From positions 434,526 to 498,525 of the forward strand of contig NIVC01000640.1 in the NCBI GenBank assembly GCA_002269645.1: a stretch of 64,000 bases of DNA, in the 5' to 3' direction. The notes beneath the pieces are model-generated. The model searched no databases and was not told the origin of the DNA. It saw nothing but the letters and a program-made list of their open reading frames with translations. The DNA is from Macrostomum lignano. Lineage: Eukaryota. Positions 1-25,567 of this stretch are shown piece by piece; positions within the stretch are counted from its first letter, which is position 1, and each line of letters begins with the position of its first letter. Both the position numbers and the translations under genes were made by a program.

Positions 1-571
1 ACAGTGCATCATTATTGAAATGCTTTGGGATCGCGCGAGAGTGGCGCTTGATTTCAAATTCCGTAGCAAAGAAATTCCGCAGCATCTCGTTCGATTCAGT
101 TTAATCGATAAACGATAAACGATTACAAACTGAGTGGGAGGAGAGAAGTATTTCTCTCTGTTTATCCCCCATGTCTAAATATCCCAACCGATGCGACCGG
201 CTCGCAGGGGCCCTCGCCCAAAACTCCAGCGCGGGGCCGCTCCATTTGATTTTCTTAGAAAACACGGAAGATCCATCAATGTTGGCCTTCAGTTCTGGCA
301 TTTCGGTGAAGGGAGAAGAGAAGAGCCGCAAATATAAGCCGCAGTTTCAGTTGGCTGCATGACAGGTGACAGGCAACACACAGAAAGCCAGCAGAAGCAG
401 CAAATAAGCGGCAGTTTTTCAGTGATGACGGAGATTGCTGGAAGCTGCAGAAGCAGAAGGTTAAAATGGTTCGAATCTTAATCGATTCTGAGTTTCTAGG
501 ATATTGCAGCGAAGATGGGAAAGTTAAAGTTTGAAGTATGAAGTATGAATTCTTCTCTAGAATTTGATGCA

Positions 572-650
572 TGAAATATGAAATGTGAAATATGAAATAT
601 GAAATATGAAATATGAAGTATGACATATGAAATATGACATATGAAATATG
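572..650. repeat. 7-bp repeat (GAAATAT)n
   Basis: Direct reading. Confidence 0.85.
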
Positions 651-2083
651 AATCGTGAATCGTGAATCAGGATGTATTTAAAATAAAATTTCATAAAATT
701 TTACAAAGTTACTTTCGGTTGAACGGGTTGAATTCTTGCTCGAACTTCTTAAAACAACAATCAGAACTTGTTAACCGAAGGGCAAGGGTCAGCGCACCTA
801 TACAATATGAAAGTGAAATCGGCACCCCGCAATAAATTCACTATTAGATTCTGTTTTCAACAATACGCGATCGGATGGTTGCAGGAACTTCCCCAGTATT
901 TTTGTATTGTTGCCATGGGCTAAGCAGGTTCACCCGAGAGGGGCAGGTTGGCCGGCACCGGGGGTCTGCCCCCCCCCCCCAGTGCGGCGCTGACAGTAAA
1001 GCCCGTGATTGAGGGCTTGGGCGCATTGGATATGACAGGTCATGTTTACTGGGCTAGGCTTAAGCCAGGAGGCCCCGTGCAAAGTCTTCTAGCGGGCATA
1101 ATCTTCTTGCATCGCATTCTTCATCTGGGGCCGGAGAGGCTGCGGCATCTCCTACCCCTAACCCTCCCAGCCTCCATCCGCGTGTCTGCTTGGAAACAAA
1201 AATCGTCTTGTTGCAAAATCTTTCCTTCCGGCTTCCTTATACAGTCGCTGGCGCCTGTAATCCCCCTTTACTGAGAGGCTCTCCCCCCTCTCTCTTCCCA
1301 GCTGGATAGCCTCCTGAAAGATATGCGGATAGGCGGATATGCACCTGACTTTGTCAAGTTCCTCAACCAGCAGCAGCCGCCTTGGTGATAGGAAGTGGGG
1401 GATCGAGGGGGGAGGGTCGCCACCGCTTGCACAGACTGCGGCCGTGTCGGCGGTCATCGCTTTATGACTGCTTTATGATCCATTGGAGAATCGTGGTCCC
1501 TGGCAAGCGTCTTCTTTAAGCCTGCAACCCCCCCCCGGCCCAAAAAACTTGTGCGGCAAGAAGGCAGTAAAAGCTGATGCCGTGCTGCGAAGGCACCGGG
1601 TGGAGATATTGCAGATAACGGATAGATGAGGCGCAAAAAGACTTTGCGGGAGTCTGTCTGGGCCGCGATTAAGCTCGCCACCCCTTCACGTTCGATCTCT
1701 TACAGTCAGTTTCCTGATTTCTTGCAACACGAGGCGCCAGCAGAAACCCGGCCCAGACTTAGATTGTTTTGCCTCTTTTTCATCTGGTGTAACTCCTGCC
1801 TGCTTTATTGTTTCTGCTACTCTGTAAAAATACAGGTAGGGGGACAAGGAGGGCCCAGAAACACGAGTCTGGAGCAGCAACACTTCCCCAAGACCCCATA
1901 TTTTCATAATATTTTATACCAACATTCGACAGATTGGCTTGTGTATTTGAAAATCGGTCAATGAGTAACATACTTCAGTATTACCCAACCATTTCTGCAG
2001 TGCACCATTTATGCCATCTAGTTTGAAAATATGAATTTTTTTGTTTTTTGAATACTTTTGTGGAAACTAGCTTGCAGGTTTTT

Positions 2084-2290
2084 GCTGTTCAGTCCAAGGA
2101 CTGGGGGGGGGGGTCGCCAAACACAGCCTCAATTACCCCAGCTAATGCTGGCACCCATTTTACAGCTGGGTGAACTGAAGCAATGCAGAGTTAAGTGTCT
2201 TGCTCAAGGACACAAATTGTTCCGAGTGGGTCGAGAATCGAACCCCTGACCTTTCAGTCGTGAGTCCGACGCTCTGACCACTAGGCTGCA
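2084..2290 (-). mobile_element. tRNA-derived SINE, copy 1 (3'-truncated)
   Basis: A-box-like TAGTGGTCAGAGC and B box GGTTCGATTC, then TGTGTCCTTGAGCAAGACACTTAAC...CTGTAAAATGGG, shared with the copies at 44852 and 49797. Confidence 0.8.
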
Positions 2291-2904
2291 ACCTTCTAGC
2301 CGCCAAAGCTTACTGAGGGGAATTTATGGCACAGACTTATTTCTGCTGACAGGCTGGGTCTATGGCGCGATACCGACTTTCGGTTGACAATTCGTGATGC
2401 ATATTCTATGGGAAAACCTGTCCTAAAAAAGACGGCCAAACACACACACACACACACCTTTACAAAGTAGATCCGTTATCGCCTGTAGCATTCAATCATC
2501 AGTATGTTTGATCCCCCGGGCCCAGATTCCCGTGGCGCGTGCTCCGCCTCTTGACCATTGGGTGACGGGGCGTCGGTAAAGCAGCGGGTGAAGTGGACCT
2601 GCGCGGTTGTCGAGTGGGCGGGTTGTGGATAAGTGGGCAAGAAAGAATACCAAACTCGGCGGCCTCTGAGACTCGCCACTTATCAGTCTGTGGGATCTAC
2701 TTTGGGGGGATTTTTCGGACCCTCCGGGGTGGACGTAGGGGAGCAACAGGGTTGGGAAGATTTACAAGGGGAATGCGAGCGGGTGGGTCGGATACTGAAG
2801 GATTTAGCAGAGTATGATCAACCCTGGTTATGAAATTCACTCACTGTAGCTAGTAAGCCGAGAGGGGACCATGCTGAGAGGGAGAGCGGAGCTGGAGAAG
2901 AAAA

Positions 2905-4525
2905 ATGAGAGGGAGAGTGAAGATAGAGAGAAGGAGAATGAGAGGGAGAGTGAAGATAGAGAGAAGGAGAATGAGAGGGAGAGTGAAGATAGAGAGAAGG
3001 AGAATGAGAGGGAGAGTGAAGATAGAGAGAAGGAGAATGAGAGGGCCAGTGAGAGGAGACAGATCTAGAGAGAAGTAGAATGAGAGGGCCAGTGAGAGGA
3101 GACAGATCTAGAGAGAAGTAGAATGAGAGGGCCAGTGAGAGGAGACAGAGAGAAGTAGAATGAGAGGGCCAGTGAGAGGAGACAGAGAGAAGTAGAATGA
3201 GAGGGCCAGTGAGAGGAGACAGAGAGAAGTAGAATGAGAGGGCCAGTGAGAGGAGATAGAGAGAAGTAGAATGAGAGGGCCAGTGAGAGGAGATAGAGAG
3301 AAGTAGAATGAGAGGGCCAGTGAGAGGAGACAGATCTAGAGAGAAGTAGAATGAGAGGGCCAGTGAGAGGAGACAGATCTAGAGAGAAGTAGAATGAGAG
3401 GGCCAGTGAGAGGAGATAGAGAGAAGTAGAATGAGAGGGCCAGTGAGAGGAGACAGATCTAGAGAGAAGTAGAATGAGAGGGCCAGTGAGAGGAGACAGA
3501 TCTAGAGAGAAGTAGAATGAGAGGGCCAGTGAGAGGAGACAGATCTAGAGAGAAGTAGAATGAGAGGGCCAGTGAGAGGAGACAGATCTAGAGAGAAGTA
3601 GAATGAGAGGGCCAGTGAGACGAGACAGATCTAGAGAGAAGTAGAATGAGAGGGCCAGTGAGAGGAGACAGAGAGAAGTGGCATGAGAGGGCCGGTGAGA
3701 GGAGACAGAGAGAAGTAGAATGAGAGGGCCGGTGAGAGGAGACAGAGAGAAGTGGCATGAGAGGGCCAGTGAGAGGAGACAGAGAGAAGTGGAATGAGAG
3801 GGCCAGTGAGAGGAGACAGAGAGAAGTGGCATGAGAGGGCCGGTGAGAGGAGACAGAGAGAAGTGGCATGAGAGGGCCGGTGAGAGGAGACAGAGAGAAG
3901 TGGCATGAGAGGGCCGGTGAGAGGAGACAGAGAGAAGTGGCATGAGAGGGCCGGTGAGAGGAGACAGAGAGAAGTGGCATGAGAGGGCCGGTGAGAGGAG
4001 ACAGAGAGAAGTGGCATGAGAGGGCCGGTGAGAGGAGACAGAGAGAAGTGGCATGAGAGGGCCAGTGAGAGGAGACAGAGAGAAGTGGCATGAGAGGGCC
4101 GGTGAGAGGAGACAGAGAGAAGTGGCATGAGAGGGCCGGTGAGAGGAGACAGAGAGAAGTGGCATGAGAGGGCCGGTGAGAGGAGACAGAGAGAAGTGGC
4201 ATGAGAGGGCCAGTGAGAGGAGACAGAGAGAAGTGGCATGAGAGGGCCAGTGAGAGGAGACAGAGAGAAGTGGCATGAGAGGGCCAGTGAGAGGAGACAG
4301 AGAGAAGTAGAATGAGAGGGCCAGTGAGAGGAGACAGAGAGAAGTGGCATGAGAGGGCCGGTGAGAGGAGACAGAGAGAAGTGGCATGAGAGGGCCGGTG
4401 AGAGGAGACAGAGAGAAGTGGCATGAGAGGGCCAGTGAGAGGAGACAGAGAGAAGTGGCATGAGAGGGCCGGTGAGAGGAGACAGAGAGAAGTAGAATGA
4501 GAGGGCCAGTGAGAGGAGACAGAGA
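2905..4525. repeat. Purine-rich minisatellite, unit about 33 bp (GAGAGGGCCAGTGAGAGGAGACAGAGAGAAGTAGAAT-like) with longer AGATCT variants
   Basis: Direct reading; unit variants change stepwise along the array. Confidence 0.92.
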
Positions 4526-5659
4526 ATAATAGAGAGGCCAGACTCGGGCAAAGGCCGGAAGATGTTCAGGAGACTGGCAGGCAAAGAATGGCAGCCAGAA
4601 TACGAGACGCAGATAAATGCCGATGAAGTTCGACACACAGCGGACCAGCTTGCTTGTTACACCTATCGTTGTTACACAAGTAGGCGCTGAAGCTGCATTG
4701 CATCGCAAATTCTGCAACCTCGGTGGTTCAAATTCCAAGGCGCCTTGCCCAGATATGCTGGGGCACCACCGCTTGGCGTGTTGCACGCGAGAAAGACACA
4801 ATGTTTCCACACGGTGTCGCGTTACACTGGGCCTCCCCGGAGAGGTAGGAGGGGCAGCTTTCCCACAGCTCCCCATGCCTTATCCTCATCAGCGATGCTT
4901 ATCAAATCCCAACAGCGGATAGAGGAGTCGAGGCTACAAAGTGAGGGGTCGGCCAGTGAAAACAGACAGTGGGATCCCCATTCCTCAAATATCCCCTTCC
5001 CGTTTTGTATTTTTGAAAACTTTCCAAAACTCCACCGTTACTCGAGGCCGAAAAGTTTCGGGGGGGGGGGATAAAAGGAATGAGGATCATGGGGAGTAGG
5101 TCCCCCCTCCCGGATCCCCCTCGTCCTTTCGTGTCGCTGTTTCTTTCGCCGAAAGAAGAAGAAGAAGGCAGCAAGATAAAGAAGCCAGCGGCTGCCTGCA
5201 TCTCCTTGGCGCTATCGCTGCGCGGGAATTTCGAGTTTTCGAGCTCACTAACGAGCTGCGGCCGGCCGGCAAATGAAAGCGCATAAAACAGAGGAGGAAG
5301 GGAGCTGTTAAACAGACAGGGGGCCTGGGGCCATGATGCTGGATGCTGGGCGCAAGTGTTAAGATCCTGTTTTTTATATCCTTGACTTTCTTTCCAGGGC
5401 CAGGGGATTTCGCAATTACGGGAGCAAATATTGCCAGAATCCGGGTGCCCGGCGAGCCTTTGAATTTGTAATATAAAAACAACAGCAAATTTGTTAAGGA
5501 TTGATGCCTGCTTGTAAAACTGCTGGCACCATGAAATACGTATGAAAACCCCGCAGCAGTAATAAAAAATATGTTCGTAGCACTGAGTCAGCCGGTTGCG
5601 GTGAATGACACTTTCATTCGGGTATTCTGGGTGCTCCTCTATCCTCTATTGTCCCGTTC

Positions 5660-5850
5660 TTGTCCTGTCCTGTTCTGCCTTGTCCTGTCTTATCCTGTCT
5701 TATCCTGTCTTATCCTGTCTTATCCTGTCTTATCCTGTCTTATCCTGTCTTATCCTGTCTTATCCTGTCTTATCCTGTCCTGTCTTATCCTGTCTTATCC
5801 TGTCTTATTCTGTCCTGTCCTGTCTTATCCTGTCTTATCCTGTCTTATCC
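5660..5850. repeat. 10-bp repeat (TCTTATCCTG)n
   Basis: Direct reading; ends about 20 nt before the LIM exon acceptor. Confidence 0.92.
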
Positions 5851-5872
5851 CGTCCCGCCCCGTCCTACACAG

Positions 5873-8800
5873 CCAGCAACTCCCATCCCGCAGTCTGTTC
5901 AGCGCCCGGCAGTCGTGCACCCGCTGCGGCGGCTGCCTGCACCCGGCGGACCTGGTGATGAAGGCACGCGAGCACCATTTCCACCTGGGCTGCTTCACCT
6001 GCCACTGGCCCGCCTGCGACCGCCGGTTCTCGCCTGGCGACGAGTTCGGCCTGAGCCTCGGCGGTGCCGTCTTCTGCCGGCTGCACCTGCAGCATCAGCA
6101 GCACCTGCCGCCGCCGCCGCCGCTGCTGCCGCCGCCACCGCCGCCGCAGTTCCTTCTGTCCGACTCGCTGGAAACAGCAGAGGCGGCCACCGCGGCGGCG
6201 AAATCAGCGACCCAGTCGGAGATGGGCGGCGGCGCCGGCGGCAAGCAGGCGAGCCGCGCTGGCAAGGGTCGGCCGCGAAAGTCGAAGAAATTAGCGGAGC
6301 CACCGGCGACGTCACAGGCTACCCAGCATCCGGTGGCGCTTCATCAGCCGCATTCTCAGCCAGATGAGCTGGGTATTGTTCAGCAGCCTCACCTGCAGCT
6401 GCAGCATCAGATTGCCTGTGGCTTTTCCAACTGCATTGTCAAGGAGGAGCTGCCGATGACTGCCTCGACAGCGGAGACCACACCAACGACCGTGACGCTG
6501 GCGTCGACACTCGCTGGAGACGCGATGGACAGCTCCCTGGTGGACCTGGCCACCGTGCAGGGCTCCGCCGTGTTCGGCGTCGGTGGCGACCCGCTGGAGC
6601 AACTGGGTGAGCTGGATGACCTTGGCTGACTGACTGACACTAGCTGACTGACTGACACTAGCTGACTGACTGACACTAGCTGACTGACTGACACTAGCTG
6701 ACTGACTGACACTAGCTGACTGACTGACACTAGCTGACTGACTGACACTAGCTGACTGATTGACACTAGCTAACTGACTGACACTAGCTGACTGACTGAC
6801 ACTAGCTGACTGACTGACACTAGCTGACTGATTGACACTAGCTGACTGACTGACACTAGCTGACTGATTGACACTAGCTAACTGACTGACACTAGCTCAC
6901 TGACTGACACTAGCTGACTGATTGACACTAGCTGACTGACTGACACTAGCTGACTGATTGACACTAGCTGACTGACTGACACTAGCTCACTGACTGACAC
7001 TAGCTGACTGATTGACACTAGCTGACTGACTGACACTAGCTGACTGACTGACACTAGCTGACTGACTGACACTAGCTGACTGATTGACACTAGCTGACTG
7101 ACTGACACTAGCTCACTGACTGACACTAGCTGACTGATTGACACTAGCTGACTGACTGACACTAGCTGACTGACTGACACTAGCTGACTGACTGACACTA
7201 GCTGACTGACTGACACTAACTGGTTGTTGCTGAAATAACAATCGTAAACAAAAAAGCACCTCCAATTGTATCGCCAGCCATTTAGCAGTGTCAGAGTCCA
7301 CCGGACAGACATTCAAGATTCCACTGATTTAAGCAAACTGATGAACAAGCAAAATCCGTGTGCTCGCTCCGCGGGACCGGCTTGCGGAAAATTTTGAGCA
7401 GGAAAAAAACTTCTTGCATGCACAGGGCGCCTCAATAATAATAGCTGGTTGCAAACTTTCCCACAGGGCTTCCCTACCCTCCACTCTGAATGCTGAAGCC
7501 TTGAAATAAAGATTGCTTTTTATTGTCTACAAGGAGGAACGGATAAGAAGGGATGGAATTGAGGAAGAAAATGGGGAAGACAAAAGGAGGAGATGCAGCG
7601 GTGCGGAAGGCGCAGTTTCTGCTTGGGAAACTGTTTGGGGAAGCAAGTGGCGCGGGCGGGGGGGGGGCAACTCAATGGCGCAAAAAAGTTTCAAACCGAC
7701 TTTTTTCTATCTAGCTATCTTTCATCACCGCCAGGATGTGCAGGGGGGGCTTTTCTTTGAGTGGCTTGTTAGAAATGTTAGCAACTCCCCACACCCACCT
7801 CTGCTCACTCAAATAATCCCATTCAAACAGGCGGGAGATCCGTTGGGCAAATAATCCCTGAATTTGCGTCCCCGGCAATCAGCCAGTGTAGTCCTGTTTG
7901 AGGCGGCTGGGGTGAGCATTCTCCCCCGATGCCAGATTCCGAAGTTCACAGGCAGCTTCCTTCGTCTGGGCAAACACCGCCTGGAATGCGCCACTCTTCA
8001 GCTTGAAATTTGTGTCATTTTTTATTGCCCCCCCCCCCCGAGTTTTGCCTGCTGGTCGGAAGAAGAAGTTTCCCGGCCTCGGGTTGCGCAAGGAGGAACA
8101 GGCGCAGGTAGAAATACAAGCTACTGCCCGGCAAGTCCCTTTGAGCTCTCGAACTATAGCCACTCGACTATATTGAGTACTCGTTGGGGCTTCTCTCTCT
8201 CTGTCTCTCTTTAGACCTCCAGTTGGCGCAGCGGGGAGCCCTGCTTAATGAGGCGGACCGGCCCATCAGGCCAGCCGGCTTATTTTGGAGCTCCCATTCC
8301 GACGCAAGAGCTCGCCAACTGCGACTACAAGATGGAGTAGGGGAATCTGGACAATCCACTGGATGAAACAATCATCGTTTTAAAAACTGTCCCTTCCCTG
8401 GAGGCTAATAGAGATGGGGATAGACGGAGGAGGCTGACTTCTCTCTCTCCTCAGGCCGTTCTACTCATAGTAGGGATCACCGGCTGCCGCTGGGTAATTG
8501 GCGGCCGCCACTTTGGAGCTGCCTGGGGGCGAACTCCCCCTCCCCCATTCGTGTTTGTTGAGCTGCAGTTGAGTTGATGTAAAAAATTAGCGTGGTGTTA
8601 ATTTGTCTGTCCGGCCGGCAGGATAACTGATGGGTCTGAGCAGCGACAACTTTTTGTAATAAAATTTTGAAGCTGGAAACTGAGAAGAGACTTACAGATT
8701 CACTGACAGATTCACTGACAGATTCACTGACAGATTCACTGACAGACTCACTGACAGACTCACTGACAGACTCACTGACAGACTCGCTGACAGACTCACT

Positions 8801-9936
8801 GACAGATTCACTGACAGAATCACTGGCAGACTCACTGACAGAATCACTGACAGACTCACTGACAGAATCACTGGCAGACTCACTGACAGAATCTGACAGA
8901 CCCTCTCAAAGACACTGAATGCTATTTCCTCAACTCAACCCCGCCCCGCAGGCTCTGAGATGGCCAGCGATGCGTGCTGCCAGTCGCCAAATTCTGCCAG
9001 CAGCGGTTGCGGCGGTGTCGGAGGAGGCGGCGGAGGCAGCCTCGTCGCTGGCGACGGCGGTGACGGAGGCGTCGGGGGCGGCTCGTCCTCGGTGACGTCT
9101 GGGACGCCAGGCCAGCGGCAGAAGCGAGTCCGCACCAGCTTTAAGCACCACCAGCTGCGCACTATGAAGAGCTACTTCATTATCAACCACAATCCGGACA
9201 GCAAAGACCTGAAGCAGCTGGCCCAGAAGACTGGACTGAGCAAGCGGGTGCTGCAGGTGAGCCTGCTGACTTTTGTAGCTTAAAATTAAAGCGGCATCAA
9301 AATTCGTATTTTTACAAAAACTACTGAACTGTCTACTGGCTGCAGTAGTATACTGAAATATTCAAAAAATTCTAGGTCTGGTTTCAAAACGCCCGAGCCA
9401 AATATCGGCGCTCTCTCCTCAAGCAGCAGCAGCAGCAGCAGCAGCCTCAGCATCAGCAGCAATTGCAGCAGCAGCAGCAGCCGCCACTGCAGCCCCCGGA
9501 CGAAGCCGCCTCGGCTGCTCACGCGGCAATGCTGAGCAGCGCAGCGGCGGGCCACCAGAAGTCCGCCAGTCTGCACGTCGCCTCTCCAGACGACATGTCC
9601 GACCTGTCCAGCACGGGCTCCGTGCCGGAGTTCAGCCACCACCACCAGCATCATAATCATCACCTGCAGCAGCATCATCACCAGGCTCAGCATCTTCAGT
9701 ATCAGCTGCAGCAGCAGCCGGCGTCCGTCAGTTCAGCAATCGAGTCGGCGATCTGCCAGTCTGCTGGCGGCGGCTACTGCGGCGGCGGCGGCGTCGGCGG
9801 AGTCGATGTCATCAACAGCGGCGGCGGAAGCAGCGGCGGCGTGGGAGGCACCCTCGGCATGGAGACGTCACTGGAAGGTTCCCCATCTGGCGGGGCAGAC
9901 TACTTTGCCATGCAGAATGTGAACTGCCTGGCCTGA
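5873..9936 (+). CDS. LHX2/9: LIM-homeobox transcription factor, Lhx2/9 (apterous) class; 5'-partial; exons 5873-6606, 8952-9256, 9376-9936
   Basis: LIM domain CTRC...HLGCFTCHWPAC...CRLH. Homeodomain QKRVRTSFKHHQLRTMKSYFIINHNPDSKDLKQLAQKTGLSKRVLQ|VWFQNARAKYRR matches the Lhx2/9 signature. GT-AG introns 6607-8951 (phase 1) and 9257-9375 (phase 0) keep the frame. First LIM domain and start codon not found in the window. Confidence 0.93.
6625..7218. repeat. 18-bp minisatellite (CTGACTGACTGACACTAG)n
   Basis: Direct reading; Lhx intron. Confidence 0.95.
8688..8898. repeat. 12-bp repeat (GACAGAYTCACT)n
   Basis: Direct reading; Lhx intron. Confidence 0.9.
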
Positions 9937-9995
9937 CAGAGGCACTCACTGCCAATCAGTGCAATCAATCAGTCAAGACAATCAGTTAACTGTTT

Positions 9996-10001
9996 AATAA
10001 A
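9996..10001 (+). terminator. Candidate polyadenylation signal of the Lhx2/9 gene
   Basis: AATAAA 60 nt after the TGA at 9934-9936, in AT-rich sequence. Confidence 0.4.
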
Positions 10002-10941
10002 TGATAAATTTATGCGTTGCTCGCTTATTTTGGACACTTTGTGCACCTCATTCTATCTTCGATTTGCTAAAGCTTGCCCGCAAACAGGTGTGTCTGTACA
10101 TAAATTGTAACCTCAGCCGCTGTTAGGTCCGCAGGGTCCTGCCAACTGCACACATTATTGTTGCAATTTGTGTGCGAGTCCTGGGTCCTCGTACCAGTTG
10201 TGCTTATATTAATCAATATTTACTGCCTCAGATTTGGACTTCTCATGCTACTGCAACAATGTCACTAGTAGAAAATTAGGGCTAGACATTGTTGTTATTA
10301 ATCCACGTTAATAATGCTTTCTATCACAGTCTGTCAATTTGGTCGCAGAAAAATCGATGAAGCACTATAGACTTTTGCTCCCGCGACTCCCGTGTGTTCA
10401 CCTCCCTCCCTAATTGACCTTGACCAGCTAATGTCCAGCTGACCAAATTCACTAGCAAGTCAAACGAGTTCACAAAAATAAAATTATGAAGCCTGCAAAA
10501 AAGTTTGCTGAATTTTGTCGAGTCCTTTCTAATTTGTTTTCGTGCTCTGTAGGCTACGGGTTGTTCATAATTTGAGTAGGAAAAGCTGACCAAGTCAGGC
10601 TCGCACACAGAGGAGGGGAAAGCTTGTTACACATAGCGAAACAGAAACTGAGATTGAATGAAGCAGACACGCGGAAGAACAGAAAAGAGAAAGAGCGCCA
10701 GACACACCCTGTGCTGGTCCACTGTACGATAAGAGAGAAAGTACACAGCCTACTTTGAATGCCGGAGTCGAAAGCAAATGAGGAAATGCTGTAAAATATT
10801 GCTCCAAATATAGGAAGCAGATTGAGTAAGAACTTGAGCAGGACAAGAAACTAATCTAGCATGAGCACAGTTTGGTCATAAAGTATACAGACAAAATTAG
10901 CTCAAGTTCTGACAAAAAAATTAATATCGAAATTGCCGAAT

Positions 10942-24536
<13,595 letters not shown>

Positions 24537-25567
24537 GCCTGAATAGCTCCCAACTGAAGCTCCCCCCGGTTAAGCGGAGTGCAGTATGAGGAAGAGACAA
24601 TGTAAGACCTACTTACTAATATTAATAAAGCAGTTAGTTTCCGCTAGCCAAATGCGAAGCTGCAGCATATAGCATAATAAAATGTGCACGCTAGTCAAAG
24701 CTTATAACTATCGCTCGTACAGTCGGTCTTGGCCATAGAATATCCAGCGGCGCGGATTTGGGCGCGTTTAAAACTTATTTTTAATTCAGCTTTTGGCGAG
24801 CATTGAAATATAATAAAAATGCTAGATGTGCTACTTTCCTCACTCGGACTCTAGTAGTCTATAAAGAAAATGTTTCTTTGACAATCTGGTGTTAGCATTG
24901 ATGCGAAATGAAAATTTTAAACAAAATTCCTTTGTTTAGGACTTGTTTTCTAGCAAGCATTTGAGTATGATTATTGTTGTATTTAAGTCGAATTCTTGCA
25001 CAGCCGAAAATGTATAAAATATTATTTTTTCTAAAAAGTATGAATACATGTACTCGTACACAGTAAAATATTAATTGATTGAATTTCAATTAGCTTTGAT
25101 TGACATTTATACTTCGAATTCGTCTCTTTGGTGGGGAGACTATACCGTATTTACACTAGCAGACAGAAGCGACAAGAAAATGCATCGCTCTTTGGAGGCT
25201 GGGTTGGATGATGGAGCAAGATGCTGCTTATTCGGCGTGTGTTTTGGGGTCCGATAAACGTGCAATGAACTAAAATCTGAACTGTTCTAGACTATACATT
25301 GTATTACAATGCAAGGCCTTGAGGCGAAATGTGTAAAGCAAAGCAATGGTCACTAGGTCATCATGTAGGGGTCAGTGGTTGTTTAATTAAGTGTACACAA
25401 GGGCAGGCATGCAAGAAAGGATATGTTTCATGGGAAAGTTCATCTTTTGGGTATATGCAGCTTAAAAACTTTGATGGAGCAGGCCGCCTGATTGCAGACA
25501 GCAAATGTTGCATATTCTAAAATTGTCTCGATCCAGAATGTTTAATCTAGAAAAATAGCCCGAAGCA

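Noticed and set aside
1-5660. First LIM domain and start of the Lhx2/9 gene
   Set aside because: No CxxC...HxxCxxCxxC pattern found in the + frames I inspected; presumed upstream of the window.
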